DNA of 63,997 nucleotides, the filler included, from Porpidia crustulata (Eukaryota): assembly GCA_964255105.1 (NCBI GenBank). It is 3 parts of 3 records of this genome, joined end to end, with 100 filler letters (N's around TTAATTAATTAA, not from the genome) between each part and the next. Parts side by side here need not be neighbours in the genome. Positions count along the whole stretch, not along the records: positions 1 to 23,755 come from CAXUWE010000069.1; 2 more parts are not named here. One strand, given 5' to 3'. The translations under genes and the position numbers were made by a program. Shown in pieces: positions 1 through 15,000 of this stretch; the stretch's first letter is position 1; every line of letters begins with the position of its first letter. Below the pieces are notes generated by a model, which saw only the letters and a list, made by a program, of their open reading frames with translations, was not told where the DNA came from and did no database searches.

Positions 1-3000
1 CCTGAGGACTTTAAGAAGGGACCTCTGGATCTGGTTGACAAGTTCTGGAGGCGGTGGGAGGAATGCTGCAAGCGTCTTGTAAATCTCCTCCATGACGGCT
101 TCGGTGTCTTGAGCGCGTTGAACAACGAAAGCTTGTCGTCTCGATAGTAGCGTCAAGGTAGTGGCTCGCCACCTCTGTACAGCCGTCATCGGCCCGACCT
201 CTGACAGCGTATTTTGGAGAGATTTGAGCTTTTGCCGTTGCTCACGATCCATGCCGAAAAGGTATCGGGTAAAGATGTAATCAAAGATCATGGTCATGAC
301 TACCGACATGAAGACGTCTCGTCTTTTGACTCGATCGGCGAGATAAGTGTCAATATCGGAGCCATCAAGAATGGCATTCTCGAAACGATCTACTACTGTT
401 TCATCCATGACTCGGCTCGCGAGAAGACATTGATGCCCGTCAGAGAATTTGGAGAACCTTAGCACCCACTGTTGAACATGTTGACAGAGCTGTTGGCATT
501 GATCATCGAAATAGTCCTCGTCCCGGGCAACGATTGAATCATTGCTATTTCTCGATGCGAGGATTTGTCTTTGCAGCACACGTACTTGCTCTTTGGTAGC
601 CTCGAGTTCATCATGCATACGTCGAAGCTCTAAATTCTTTTCCTCAAGAGCTACATTGACTTCGTGGCGGACAATATCTTCCATGCCAGTAGACAGTTGG
701 GAATGCTGCTGTTTGAGCTCGTCCAGCTCAACAAGAGATTGTTGCCATTGCTGATGAGAATTGGCATGTTCGGCCTGTAACTGGCTATATCGCTGCTCGT
801 GCTCGTCGACCCCCCGGCTTGCTTGAGATAGCCCTTGGTTGGCATCTGTTAATTGCGCGACTTGGCCTTGCAATCCTTGAAGGACCTGCTTGAGGTGGTT
901 GAGTTCGGTATCTTTTTGCCCAAGGAACGAGTCACGTGTCTGAATAGCGGTTTGGAAGTTCTCAATCTCCGTAGTACGTCCATGTGTTGCTTCCTCCAAA
1001 CTTCGTTCCGCACTTGCTTTGGCATTTTGGAGCAGTCGATTTTCCGATACAAGCTGATCAAGTTTGGTTTCGAGGTCTAGCACTTGCAGACTTTGTCGCC
1101 GTCGCATGCTTGGCGGTCGCGTTGGCGATCTCGGGGATTGCCCATGAACATCGCCCCATCCCTCCTACAATTGCATCACGTTAGTACACGTAGCCCAACC
1201 ATGATGATATTTAAGCAACTGAGACAGGACTACGAAGACAACTTACGAAAACATCGGTCATGTCTTTGACTCTGGTTTTGCCTTTGTCCTTGACGGGGTC
1301 GTAGGTGGAGGAAGATGGAAGGGCGAGAATGTCGTGTTCGAGTTCGTCGGCTTCCCTCTCTTTAGCGAGCTTAGCGAGCTTAGCTTCACTCTTACGATTC
1401 GCCAACCTCAGATCCCCACTAACACGATGATCGACTCGTCGCAACGGCGGTGTCCCAGAAGACCGATAACCCTGTCCACTCGCTGAACGGACTTGATCAG
1501 GTGTCCTGATAATAGCATTGATACTATCGCCAGAACGAATACTTGCCCCGCTCACCGACCGACGATCGCTTTCGCGCGGCACCACTGGCGCGTTGCTATG
1601 GTTACTGTGGTCTGTAGTGCGACTCCGGCTCCGCTCGAGGTCGACTGCGTGCTTGTCTTCGTCGACTGCAGGCCATGAAAGACGTGCAATGAGATCGTCT
1701 GTCGATACGAGTTCCTTTGGTGTGATTTCTCTGGTTGGTGATTGAACCCGTTGTTGGGAGATAGCTTGGGGACGAGTCGAGCGACGAAGTGATTTGACAC
1801 CATGCTCGGGCGAACCGACATCGGTGAGATGACGTCCTTTTTTATGGAGAGGAGAAGCTTCCGGATTATTTTCACTTATTGTGTCGAGTCTTCGCCGATT
1901 CGAACCATCTGGGTTGAAAGGACTCCGAGGTGGAGATGTAATATCACTGATGATGCCAACAGGACCTCCGAAGAGGGAAGAGCCTGGCCCTTGTATGATG
2001 CGACCACTAGGCGATGTCATATGCAAGGCATGTTTAGTTGGATCCAAAGACTCCTGTGTAGGCATGTTTCTAGTCCTAGCCTCGTCTGCCGGTTCTCGTT
2101 TCGCTTCATCGGTGAAATGTTCGGCAGCTGCTTGCTCCGTAGTAGGAGACGAAAATTGTCGAGAATGGCCTAAAGCTTCTACTCGTGTTGATGGAGAAGA
2201 TTGGAAGAGTATCGAAGATCTGTCTTTGGTCGTGGAATTTACGGGGGATGGTTCTCGCAGATCATCGGATGGCAAATCTCTCGATCTTGGGTGACTGGAC
2301 CGACGATCATCGATGCTATAAACAACGGGCTGATTATTCGCAAGCACTGGTTTTTTGGGCTCATCATGCTTGGGTGTAGATCTTGATACCGATACATCGT
2401 ATTCGGGACTCACTTCTACAGAAACGTCTAGAGTATTTCTATCCGGGATGCTGTCTTGGTCATGACTTCGAAGACTCCGTTCATGGTAATCCATGCAAAT
2501 ATCGTTTTCTTGTTCGTTGCGGTCTTTAATATTCGACCCAGGTCCAGGACCCACACCCATTACTGGGCTTGCTTCCATATCCTGATAACCGCTATCTCGG
2601 ATCATACGGTGATCACGTATTTCTCCACTTATCATTGGGGAATCCGAGATCTGAATAGCACTGTCCCTCTGAGCAATGTGATCAAACCGTGATGGATGAT
2701 CTTCTGGCCTAGTTTGGTTGGAAAGTTGAGGAGAGGGTGGCGGAGTGTCTTGAAAGCGCTGGAGTGCAACGGCGAAAGCATGTCGTACTGGTGTTTCCGC
2801 TTGCGCGTGAACTTCCGCTTCGTCGTCGTTGTATGTCTCTTGGGACGATCTTGTAGTCTTGCCGCCTGCAAATTGTGTACTTTCGGGAATCTTTGTGCTT
2901 CTAGTGTCCCTTTCATCTTCTTTCTTTGAGTCCTTCCATTGTAAACCTTCAGTTGCGGTTATACCCAAGCCTAACCCGGCAGCCGCAGCCGTAGCTATAC

Positions 3001-6000
3001 CTTCTATAGCCATAGGCTCATTGGAATCTTCTTGATCCTTGCGCTGCTCATCAAGTCCACCCGCGTTTGAATGTGCCGTATCAGCGTCTATCTCCACCAT
3101 CTTCCTTTTGCATTTCTTGCCTTTCTTCTCCTTCTTTGCTTTAACATAACCCTGATCTGCCTCTACCGGCTCTTCCGATACCGATGAATCCACTAAGTCC
3201 CTCTGTTTACGAGACGGTTCTGTTGCTTTTTCCGTACCATCGATGGCATCCATCGACTTCTGGGACTCTCGCAGCTGAGTAGAGGGTTCTTGATTGGATT
3301 CTCCTCGCCATGGTTCCCGAAGTTCTGGTCCTCGCTCCTCTTTGACCTGTTGCGTCTTTTGGCCGTGTGGAATACTGAAATAATCATCTGCGTTGTCCAT
3401 GTCCTGCGGCAACTCCCCGAAATTGCCTTGAAATTCGGCGTGCGAAGGAACGTTGTCAACGATCATCTCATTTGTCCATGACTGTTGCGTGTGTTGTGCT
3501 TCCTCGCCTACCATTAAGTCGCGCTGCTGGTTGTAACCCTCTGGTACTGGCGGCGTCCGTAGAGGAACTGCATTTGTTGGAAGCTCGGCCGCCTCATCTG
3601 TAATTGCGCGTGTCCCATCAGTCGCTGGTAACGTAGCTGTGTCATCCTCCCAAATAATTGGGGTCTCTTGCTTCTTCCCTTTCTTGCCTTTCTTGTTCTT
3701 TTTGCTTGCGCTAAAACTAGGAAAGTCATCCGGTGGAACAGTGTTGCCATCGACCGTGGTCGAAATTGGACCGGGAGTCTTCGCCTCATCGACGGCTTGG
3801 ATCGGTACCGCAGGCTTATGCTCTTCTCCCGGCAGCTGACTTGCTGTGGAAGCTGATTTCTTAGAACCCCATTCACTACGAGGAGTTTCATAGTCACTGA
3901 TCATTGCTAGCTCTGAAGACTCGCCAGATCCTGCTGAAATTGGCGGAACTCCACGGTCGTTTGTTTTCCCAGCTTCTATAGAGTCGCGGGATCTTAGACT
4001 GCTTTCGAGAGTGGATACGTACGGTCCTTCCGAGGGTTGGGGTGTTTCTAAGGCAACCGATCTGTCTCTGCGCTGCTTCTTTCCCTTCTTGTTCTTTTTG
4101 GAAGTTGCATTCCATAAATCGTCATCCTTATTAGCATCGTTGCTCGCATGATTATCTTTTGTATCCTTTGCAGATGGATCACTGCTCTGCGCCTCGCTTC
4201 CCATTTGCGCAGCTTCAAGGATTTCCAAGTTGGCAAGACGCTGTTGGGGATTCTTATCAGCATAATCGATTTGACCTTGACCGTCCTGTACTTTATGATC
4301 GACATCATCCTGAGGGGCGGCAGACAAGATTCCACTCATAGAAGCCCTTGATAAGATTTTGGTTGGCTCCAAATTCGGCAAAACCTCTTTTCCTAATGGC
4401 TCGCTGCTACTTTTCTCCTCATGAACTGGGACTGGATCGTATATTGCCTGGCTCAATCCTCGAGCACTTTCATCTTCAATCGCGGTAGATTTGTCTCTGG
4501 AGTCTCTCTGTTCGGTGTAGTGATCTTGAGCATTTTGTTTTAAAGGCTGGACTAAACCCATGTCCTCTGACTTGTGAATGAATTCTTGATGGATCAGTTG
4601 AACTGGTGGTACGATGGTGTTCACATCTGACGGCGGTGAAGAGTTAACAGACAGGACATGGTCCTCTGTAGATTGAGAGGACTCTAATATTATAGGAACT
4701 TCTCCGTCCTTGTCCGGATTAGACTCTTGCATCTTGTCAGCAGTCTGCTCGAGGCCGTGTATGACACCAACGGTGGGCTTCTGCGCTTCTATTGGCTCAA
4801 CTTGAGGGTCAAGTACACTACTTGAGGTATGCTGTGTAATGATTGCCGTCGGTCTGACCTCAACAGCAGACTCTTCGGTGGATAAGGAAGCTTCGGCTGA
4901 AGCTACTTCTTCGTCACCATCAAACGCTTGCGCCTTCTTCTTATTCTTCTTATCCCTCTTGCTGCTCCTATCACCATAGGTTAGGGTAGCCTCGGATTGT
5001 GGGTTCGATTCGGCTGTTGGTTCTGCTTGCGATTCAAAGATAATTTCAGGGGCACGATGAGAGATGGTAGCGGGGATAGTTGTGGCTGATACGATCTCAA
5101 CAAGAGGCTCCTCCACAGATTCAGAAGCTTCGACTGGAGTAGGTTCCTCATCCCAGCGAAGGGCCTGCGCTTGCTTAGCTTTTTTCTTACCTTTTTTATT
5201 TTTCTTAATGCTGTACGTGGTGTCAAAGCTAGGCTCTACTTCTGGTATCTGCTTTGCAGGAAAACTAATAGTAGTATCAGAAGACTGCGGTAAGGCGGTA
5301 GTGACCAGTGAGATGGCTTCTGATGGTGCCCGTTCAGCCACGATCGGACCAGGGTCAGAGGCAGGATTTTGAATATCCGAAGCCGCAGTACCTAGACCTT
5401 GAGAATGGCCGTCCCTTGACATAATTGATTCTGGGTCTTCGGTATTTGTAGGCGTGACAGCAACATCGCCATCGTCCCCTGCGATTGCTTTCGTCATTTT
5501 CTTGGCTTTCTTATCCTTTTTGCTTTTTGGAATGCTACCATGATCGTCCACATCAGGGTCAACGTTGGTGGCGACTGTAGGACTTGAGTCTTCCATACGT
5601 TCTTGTTCGATGATTGGCTCTCTGATTTGTTCTTCCAACCGTGTTGATTCTGCTTGGGTCACTGGGTGCATCAAGCTTTCAGGATTCGGAATTTCATTGC
5701 GCTTCGAAGAATCTTCGAAGTCCTCTGTCAAGGACGAAGCTCCACAACTTTTTAGCGGCTCTTCAAGCTGACGGAAATTGGCTTGAGCTAAGGATGGATC
5801 CTCCTCTAGTTGAGTTGATTTCTGTCTCTCTAACTGTTCTGGTACTCCGCTAGAAGCCTCATCTTCCCAAGGTACAAAAGCGCTGGACCTCTTAGACTTC
5901 TTCTTTTCTTTCTTACTTTTAGAGACAGCAATGTATTCATTGGCAGGAGCTTGAATTTGCTTTTCAGTGGAAGTTTCGGCGGTGTCATTCATGAAGTCTT

Positions 6001-9000
6001 TCTGAGTCTCGATGTGCTTTAATGCAGGCTCGACGTCTAACATTGGCGTAATGGTAATGTCCTCCCCAATAGACAATCTCGCTATGTTGTCTCTCTGGCC
6101 TTTCCCCAGTCCTTCGGACTCCACTTCAATGATCCCGTCTTGTGCGACTAAGGGATAATTAACTACGTCATCTGGAGATGGAAGTCCTTGCAACTGCCTA
6201 TCCTTTATTACGCTCTGGCTTCCTGGGGCGACCATAGGCAGACCCTCGTTCATAGTAGAAGTTTCTCTTCCCTTGAATATTTCATCGTCTTTCGCAATCG
6301 TAGGGAAACCTTCAAATGCATCCGGGATAAACGCGGTATAGGGATCAGCTGGAAACGTGGAAGCCTCAGCCGGTACCTGTGCTTGTACATCTGGAACACT
6401 GCGAGGGTGTTCTGCTTCAGAAGTTGACAGGTCAAGATCATCGCTCCAAGCAGATTTTCCATCCCTCTTTGCCTTTTTCTTGTCTTCTCTGTTTAGAGTG
6501 GGTAGATATTCAGGAGCACTCTCCGCCCCAGCAAATGGCGTTTGTATACCCTCTTCAGCTTTATCGACAATTTTGTCGGTGAGCTCTGAAGGTTCTGGCT
6601 CAGTTCGCGCTACCGTACTGAGTTTCTCAATGTCCAAGACTTGGTCTTCGGCAATCGGATCAAGGTACGTAATATATGGCTGTGTTTCGGTGTGGAGATA
6701 GCCACGGTCTTCGTAAGGAAGCTGGGTGTCAAGTTCAGGTTCTGGTACTGATACAATATCGGCAGCTTTCAGTGCGTGTGGTGGCTTTTCATCATCACGA
6801 CTCAGCAGAGCTGCAGTCTCTGGGCTGACAGCTCGAACCATTTCGATCTCCTCGGCTTCTTGGGGGCTTATAATTACAGGAGGTACAATCGACGGCTGTA
6901 GAATAGTCCGATCGGCGCGTTGGTCGGTATTGACGATCGGCTCGCTTTGCGTGCGTAAAAGCGGATCTCGGACACTTTCAACCCTTTCGAAAGTATCAAC
7001 GGTAGAATCTTCAGAGACATGAGCTAGATGGCCCCTTAGTAATGGTAATTTACCAAGCTGGGCAGCTTCTGAAGGTGCTTGCGGTCCATGATCGTTATCG
7101 GATACCTCTGGCAAGAGATGGTCCGTCTTATCTGCACTCATATTTTCCCTTCGAGATTCGTCAAGCTCTTGGTTGATTGCGTCGTTCAGACCGTCTGCTG
7201 CTGATCCACCACCACCTTTGACGGAGATGTCAAATGGCGGACGAGCTAAAAACGCATTTCGTGGCTCTGCATGTATATCTCGAACTTTTTCGGCAGCATC
7301 AGTTGTAGCAATGGGAGCTTCGATAAGTGATTTGTCGTCCTTCGTATCTGAAGCAGTTTGCCAATCTTGAGAGTCTGGGACATGCACATTCTTGTCCTTG
7401 TTGCCTTTCTTACCCTTCTTCTTCTTTGCTGGTTTAGCCCATTCATCGTCATAGTCAGCAGTGGTCTGTGGCAAATCTCGAGAAAGAATCTCCCCGGATC
7501 TCATGGATTCATCGTGGCCTGACGCAATTACAGTCGCAATCTCCGCTTGGACTTCTTCGCCCCTAGATTGCGATAAAGGTTGTGGTGGGCCTACAAGTGA
7601 CGCATCGTTTGCTGAAACATGAACATTAAGATCAGACTGTTCGTGATCGAATGGCAGTAGCATAGACTCCTGTGGCTCTGAGAGGGCTAAATTGGGTCCC
7701 TTGGAAACAAGTTTCTGCTTCCTTCCTTTTTTTCCCTTCTTCCCAGGATTAGCCCATTGATCTTCTGCCACCGGTTCTTGAGAGACTGCAGAGTCCTTTC
7801 CGTCCGTGATATTCCGAGTTTGAGAGTCCCCATCGTCCAGCCACGGAGTTGCGGGTGAAGCTGGCAAGTTCTGCTCAGAGGGCCTCGTAGGTTGGTTTGC
7901 TATGGTAAAGAAGCTCTCCTTCTTTCCCTTCTTTCCTTTTTTCCTACCAGAAGCCGCCCAGCCGTAGTTTTCAAGTTGTTCAGGAGCCTCGACCGTACCG
8001 TTATGTGCAGAGTCTATGGCCGGCAAATCCTCGATGGAATTACGTACAGATCCAGGTGGTGGAGCTGCCGAATCTATTTTGGACGCTTTATCAAGTTCGG
8101 ATTCCATCGGTATGCTTTGTTTGCTTTTCTTACTTTTCTTACTTTTCTTTCTGGTGGTCAAAGCAAAGAGGTCATTTTCACGCGTTTCTGTCTCTTGAAT
8201 ACTTGCTTCTCTTGGCGTATCGTCAGGAAGCCCCAAGTCTTGTATAGTATCAACAGCAGTGGGCAAATCTTGGTGCTCAATGTCACCTGAAATGTTTGCG
8301 CTGTCGCTCTCATGATCTATAGGGCGTAAGGCGGGGGCTTTAGAGGAGGTATCAGAAAGTTGAAGTGTCGTGCCGACGCTAGGACGTGTAGCTTCTGAAG
8401 GGGTCAATTCGAGAACGTTCTCAATTGGATTAAAAGATTCTTTGTACTCAATACCACCAACGCTATGGTTCGTAGAATCGAGATGCCGAGCGCCGTGGTC
8501 AGCAGTGATACTGAGTGGACTTTCTGGTAGAGCGTCAAGTAAATCGAGATCGTCATCAAGTGGGAGTGGTGTGGCTTCTGAGGATGTTAAAGGAATATCG
8601 AGGCCTTCAGCAGGCACAATACCATTGTGATCCTGGTATTCTTTGGCATTTTCACCCGTATCGTGGAATGACTCTGATTCGACAGCCCCTGGAAGTAGGC
8701 TTTCGGGTTGCTCTTTATCGCGGGCTTCTAGCTCACCAATCGTGGTATTTTGAGCTTGCAACTCGTCTATTGCACGTACGATAGGACCCGAATCCATTTC
8801 TGTTCCCTTCTTGTCTCCTCGGGCCTTGGCCTTCTTTGTTAGTGCAAGATCATCATCAATTGCTTCTGTTGGTATCTCAGCTGATTCGGCGATATCTAGA
8901 GCAACGTTTCGAGGCATTCCTTGGCGGTCGGAGCGGACTCCAAAGGAATCTTGCTCGTCTTGGAAGGGTACACTCGTTTTGGGTGGGCTCTCTAACGGTG

Positions 9001-12000
9001 TATCAAAGCTCTCCCGAGTATTTGCGTGGGCCTTCTTCTGGCCCTTCTTACCTTTCTTTTTTGATGGTGCAGAGAGTTCGTATGTCTCCTCATTCAAGTC
9101 GAAAGTCAAGTGCTCGTTTGATGTCTCTGGCTCGTGACTCTTCGCTTGAGAAATTTGACCGGTAAAGTCGTCCTGAAGGGGCATCGATTCATCAAGCAGC
9201 TTAATTGGATTCGTAGTAGTATCTATGTCTTTGTCCTTAACTGTACCCGCATGAGATGGCGCTTTCGTACTCTCCTGCCAAAGCGTGAAAGAAGCCTTCT
9301 TGTTCTTTTTACCTTTCTTTCGGAAATTACTACCGAGATTCTGCGCCTCTGCATCGACGTGAGACTGGTCTCCAGTCGGATCGATATCTGACATGTCGTC
9401 TTCTCTAGCTTTCGTTTCTTGAGCTCCAGCGTCCAAAATATCTGTCAGATTGTTATTCGGTGATACTCTGAGCTGCTGGTCGCCTTCCAAACATTTGGCA
9501 AGCTGTGATGGTTCACTAGTTGGGAATTGAACATTGTCTTCCGGTGTTGCTTTTATGGCTTCTCTCATCTCGATAGAGTCCAATGCAGAGCTTGCAATAG
9601 GTCCCACCATAGCGTTTCCTAGGGACATTGCTGTTGAGGCCTCGACAGATGACACGGTGTCATTTACTGGCGACTGTGACTTTCCTATCAAATTCTCGCT
9701 TCGACCCTTCTTCTTTTCTTTCTTGCCTTTCTTGCCTTTCTTCGGCGTACTAGGAGCAAACCATGAGTCAACTGCGTCTTGTGCATCTTGTTCTTCAAGC
9801 TGCTTTTGCTTTTCAGCATTCAAGCGGCCTGATACTTGGCTTGGAGAAAGCGGACTGCTTCCTAGGGTAGGAATTATGCGTTCGATCTCGTCTTGCTTGA
9901 AGGTAGCTTGAGCCCTCTCCTCCTTCTTCTCCTTCTTCGTTGGATCTAAATTCGAAAAGCTGTCTTCTTGAACGTACTCCTCGTCGGCAGTAATCTGATG
10001 GACTTGAGCTGTCAAGAATTTGTCATCTTCTACTGCAAGCCCATCATGGGTATCTGAGAGACTGGTCTCTGGCTGCTGGTTGCACTGAGTAATATCTGCG
10101 ATATCAAATGCACCAGAACCTCCTTCGACTACTGCCAAGTCTGTAGCCTTCCGGAGCGATGAACTTTGATCGACGCCATGCTCATTGGCTGGCACTAGAT
10201 TATCATTGCCTCTTTCTGTTGTAGGAAACAGTTCGGAAGAGAGCTCGTGATTGTGATTCAAGGGTGATGCTGGGCGACAGGCGGGCAATAGATCACTAAC
10301 GTCTTGAGGTTGACGCTCTCTCGGGTCGATGTTTCTGCTAGACCCTTCACTGGCAGGTGGAACTACAATATTCCCAGTTGACGTCAATGGCTGCTTTTCA
10401 ATGTTATCAAACGCCAGCTCGCTTCTTTCTGCAGCTTGGAAAGACGAAGCAGTAGGCGTAGGCTCTTGTGAATCTAGTAAATCTGACTGTACGGGAACCC
10501 TTTCGGTGTCAATAATTAATCCTCTTGTTTGTATAAAAGGCTCGGAATATGGCCGGTTCAGGTTCTGCATTGAATCGTCTTGTAGAGTTGTTTCTTCGGG
10601 ATCACGGATAGACGAAGCCCTGGAAGTGGTGTGGCTCGAAGGAAGAGAAGGATACACATCATCCGATGCCGAAACGTGTCGAGGGCCATGTCTCTCCACA
10701 AGCCAAAGTGGCCGGAACTCAGTAGATGATTTGAATTCCGTTGATCGTGGCCGAATCTTTGGCCGCGTCGGTTCAGTGTCTGCTTGCTGACTTACTAAAG
10801 AAAGGGGGTTAGAAGATAGGGAGCGGGACAGCCCGGGCGACTGAGGCGGTTCCCTCCAACGAAAAGGTACGGCTGTTGGCGATGAAGCAGTACCAGTGAC
10901 TTTGCTGTTCTCGATTGCCTTAACTTCAGATAGCCGTCGGCGTCCGCCACTCGGATTAGAAAGAGGCGATGTTGGTTGACTACCGGGAAGGTGACCGTGC
11001 TTCTCCCTTTCAGCAAGGATGGTTCGACGGTTCTCCTCCAAGAGAGCAAGATCATCGACCGCGTAGGTCGAGATGTTAGTCAAGTTTGTGGTGTCTATCT
11101 CTTCTCGGTGACCTGGTGGCTTGGGCGTGGCAGTCGGTATATTAGGCGACAGCGGCGTGTCTTGGTGCATGCCTAAAAAAGACTTCGGTCGTTCTTCATC
11201 TTGGCTTTCGTCTTCATCGACGATTGCGCGACTCAGAAGATCACTACTTTGTATAGGCCCTTGATCCTGCAGAAGGTTAGCCTACCTTTCCCGGAATCCA
11301 GCTATGACCATGAAAACTCGGTATATATACCTTGGCCGGTAGGTCTTGGGTGATCCTACCTGAATCTTGAGCTGTGCCTCCACCGCTACTTCTCCGGTTT
11401 TGTTTCTTGTCTCGTGCTTTGTGCGATCTACCTTTATCCTCCTCGTCGTCGAGCCCACCAGGGTTACCGATTTGCGTGCTACTGACTTCATCGTTTAGAA
11501 CTGACTTGCGATCTTTGGAGGATTTTCCCTTCCTTTTTGGCTCCTCAAAATCCTCGAATGTCGCTTCCTCAGGCGCGTCTATATTACGGTTCGCCTCTAA
11601 CGAACTATCAGTAGATTTGCGAAATAATCCGAAAATGCCGCCTTTCTGCTCCTCTTTCTTAGTTGGCTTTTTCGAAGCTCTATTTTCTTCGAAGGCCACC
11701 GGCGAAGAAGCTACAGAAGCTGCATCATCATAGCCTGTATTGTTGCGGTTCGATTTCTTTCTGTGTTTCTTGCCGTGGCTCGTTTCAGTGTTGACCGAGA
11801 CTGTTGCTGCAATGCTTAGAGCGTCCTCAGTAGGCGATTCGTAGAGGTCCCGGGTGGGCTTGATGTCCGTGTCCTTGGTAATTTTCCCATTATCGTTGCC
11901 ATCCTTCAATGTGCCCGAGCTTATTCGACGATCTGTAATTTCATGTCTGGCGTCTTCCAGCAAGGCCTCAGCAACCTCACGCTGGATAGCTCTGGACCTC

Positions 12001-15000
12001 GAGGTGTCTGATTTTGGCACAACAGGATCGAAAAAACTCTCTTCGGTGGATGCATTCTGGCTTGAAGGAGTTGCGGCCGTATTAGGCTCCCCAGCCCCGT
12101 CCTGCTCAGATCCAACAGACCTCGTGTTCTTATTGCCATTGTGGTCATCATACTCATGGAAGGCATCGGCCTCATTATAGCCTAGGGGCGCGTGTTCCAC
12201 GGAAGCTGGCTTTTGACTCCAAGAGGCCTCGTCAACGTCACGATCTCTGCTGGTATCGGCAATGCCGTGACGTTTAGCTGCTTTTTCTCTCTTCTTTCGC
12301 TCCTTTTTGCTGAGCTTGAAGTCGAATTCTTCATCATCATCAAAACTACCAGGCATGACAGATCGAGGCAGATCTTCCACTCCTCCCTTCGGAGATTCGC
12401 GTCGTCGACGAGATACTTCTTCGGCTATACCTACTTTCTCCGATCCAGGGGGCGAATTTCGTCGCCGAAAGATCTCATCATCAACCACAATCGATGGATT
12501 GAACCCTGTGTCTTCTAAGCCAGCCGCCAGAGTTGCAGCGAACTCCAAATCATTCCCATAATATCCTGGCTCATGCTTCGCTTGCGATCCGTTAGTTGTA
12601 GGGCTTTCACCACCAGTCTTTCTGATAGCCTGAGCCTGGGGCTTAAGCGCATCTTCGTCGCTGTTGGTTACCAATTCGGAAGAATCAATGAACTGGTCAC
12701 GCGCTTCCATGGGAGTGACAACAACATACTCGCGAGTCTCTGGCTCTCCCCAGGTGACCTTTGAAGACGTATTTGACTTCGGGGTTTGCTCCTCCTGTTC
12801 CTTAGAGACATCTTGGAGAGGATGTATGGCAGGTGAGGGAGGTCCCCTTATCGAACTTGCTCGACTGGCTGGCGGAGTTGGTTCTATGAGGTTTAGACTG
12901 GGTACCCACGACGGGAAGATTTGGTCTGAGCCGAGCTCATCAGGGGGATAAGAGTACGAAGGCGAGCGTGAAGAACTATGCAGCCCCGCTGGCTCCCTAA
13001 CAACGAATTCAGGAGTCTGGTGTATGGTGACCTCATTGTCAGCGCTGGTGTTCGCGTCGTGTGTGTTCGGCTCTTGGGAGCTGTGGGACAATTCTGCAGG
13101 TGCAAAGAAAGAAGCATAGTCTTCATGTACAAAATCTGAGGCCCTGACCTTGGATGTTGCTCGAGGAACAGACGTCACCCGCTTCCGTTGAGGAGGCGAA
13201 TTAGAGCGCTCCGAACTGTGCATCTGCTCAGACAGATCTTCTGGGGGTTTATGGTGTCCTCTGCTGGCCGTTTCATCCTGCCGCGACTCGGTGTCTCTTT
13301 GCTTCACCTCCCTTCGCTCAAGCTGCTCTACATTTCTCCTCGAGCTTTCGACTGCAGCAACTACACCTGCAGCAGCAGCAATGATTGCCGTAGTAGCTGG
13401 TGCACTCCGTTGTTTGCCTTCATTAGATGAAGAATCTTTGCTAGATTTGTCTCTTGGTGCCCTCTGGTTACCGTCATCCTTTTTCGACTCTGCTACTTCC
13501 TGCTTCTTGCTTTCAATTCGCAGCTCTTCTCCTTTGGCCGAACGACGTCTCTCACGGCGCTCGCTTTGCGTGCGAACCGCTTCGCCCTCTTTTTGACGAC
13601 GGGCTTCGCGACGCTCGCGCTGAAATTGTACATCTTCGTCTTGCTTTTTCTCACGGCGTTTCTCACCAACGTTGTGGTCTTGCTGGTCTTTGCCAAGATC
13701 AAATCGAACTACAGAGGATTCATCCTTCAAAGATGATCGTTGACGCGGACTTGCAGTCTTCGAAATTTTTTCAATTGAAGGAGCGTTAGGAGAAGTATCC
13801 CTTCTTCGAGGTTTTACTTCCCCCATTATGGCTGTTTCAGGCAGCCGGTAAGTGGATGGGAAACCTCCGGGAATGGCATCTTGAGTCTTGGTAAAGGAAG
13901 CCTCGTGTTGATTATTCGCTGACGAGGGCTGTGGCTGATAGGGATTATGATAGTACACAGGTGGGCCAGTAGGAGCGCTGTAAGAATGAACATACGGATG
14001 TTGAGCGGAGTATACAGCTGGTGAGACCGGGGCAATTGGCTGAGGATGCTGTATAGGTACTGGGCCTGGGCGAGAATACATAATTGGGTCTCCGGCAGAA
14101 GCAACTGAATTTGCGCTAGCGATGTCGAAACGAGACGGATCGGACGTAGGAACGGGATGAACGAGCTGAAGGGGGACGCTGGTAGCAGAGCCAACGCGGA
14201 TATCGTGATGTTGATCGACAGGTATCGAAGAGATTTTATTAGCATCACCTAATAAAGCCATAGCTGGAGAGGCAGCAACAGTATCAACCTTGCTGCTGTT
14301 GGTCTGTCGTTTGACCTTCTTGAAATCTTTTTTGTTCTTCTTCGATCCCCATCGCCAACCCCATAAGCCCATGCCAGAAGACTCGGAAGAAAGCGATTCT
14401 TGGCTCCTATTTCTACGTGCAGGCATGCCATAAGCAAGAGCCGAATCGCCGCTGGCAGTCTCGGTTTCTGAGGCCGAGACCCACGAATTGTCCTCGGAGC
14501 CGGAGTTCGCTGACTTTGTGTGCTTCCGATTACGGTGAGAGGCATGGCCATGCTTCCCTCTTGATTCATTGACACCCACAAGATCGCCGATTCGCGTAGG
14601 CTTGCCGCCGTGACGGCTTTGGTTGAGAGCCAAGGCTGTAGCTGCAGCACCAAGACCCATTATTGCCATGTCGGTGTCACGGGGATCTTTATCCCTGGCT
14701 TTGGACGTCTTGCTACCTGGGCGTTTTTCCCGTCCACTGCTCCTAAAACCTCCTGCATCAGACGAGGACGACGAATGGTTACCAAAGCTGAAAAACCCGC
14801 CCTTCCTCTCCTTCCTACGAGACTTATACAGACGCGATGGCGGAGACGAATTGGGCAGTCTATGATTCTCATGGTGATGTTCCGGGCGACTCACTCGCAA
14901 GATAGCAGGTAGCTCAGGGCTACGGTCTTGGCTCCGTTGCTCGGACCTCACCAAGGTCTTCTTCGGAGAACGACTCCTGGGTCGTGAGCTCACCGTCGCA

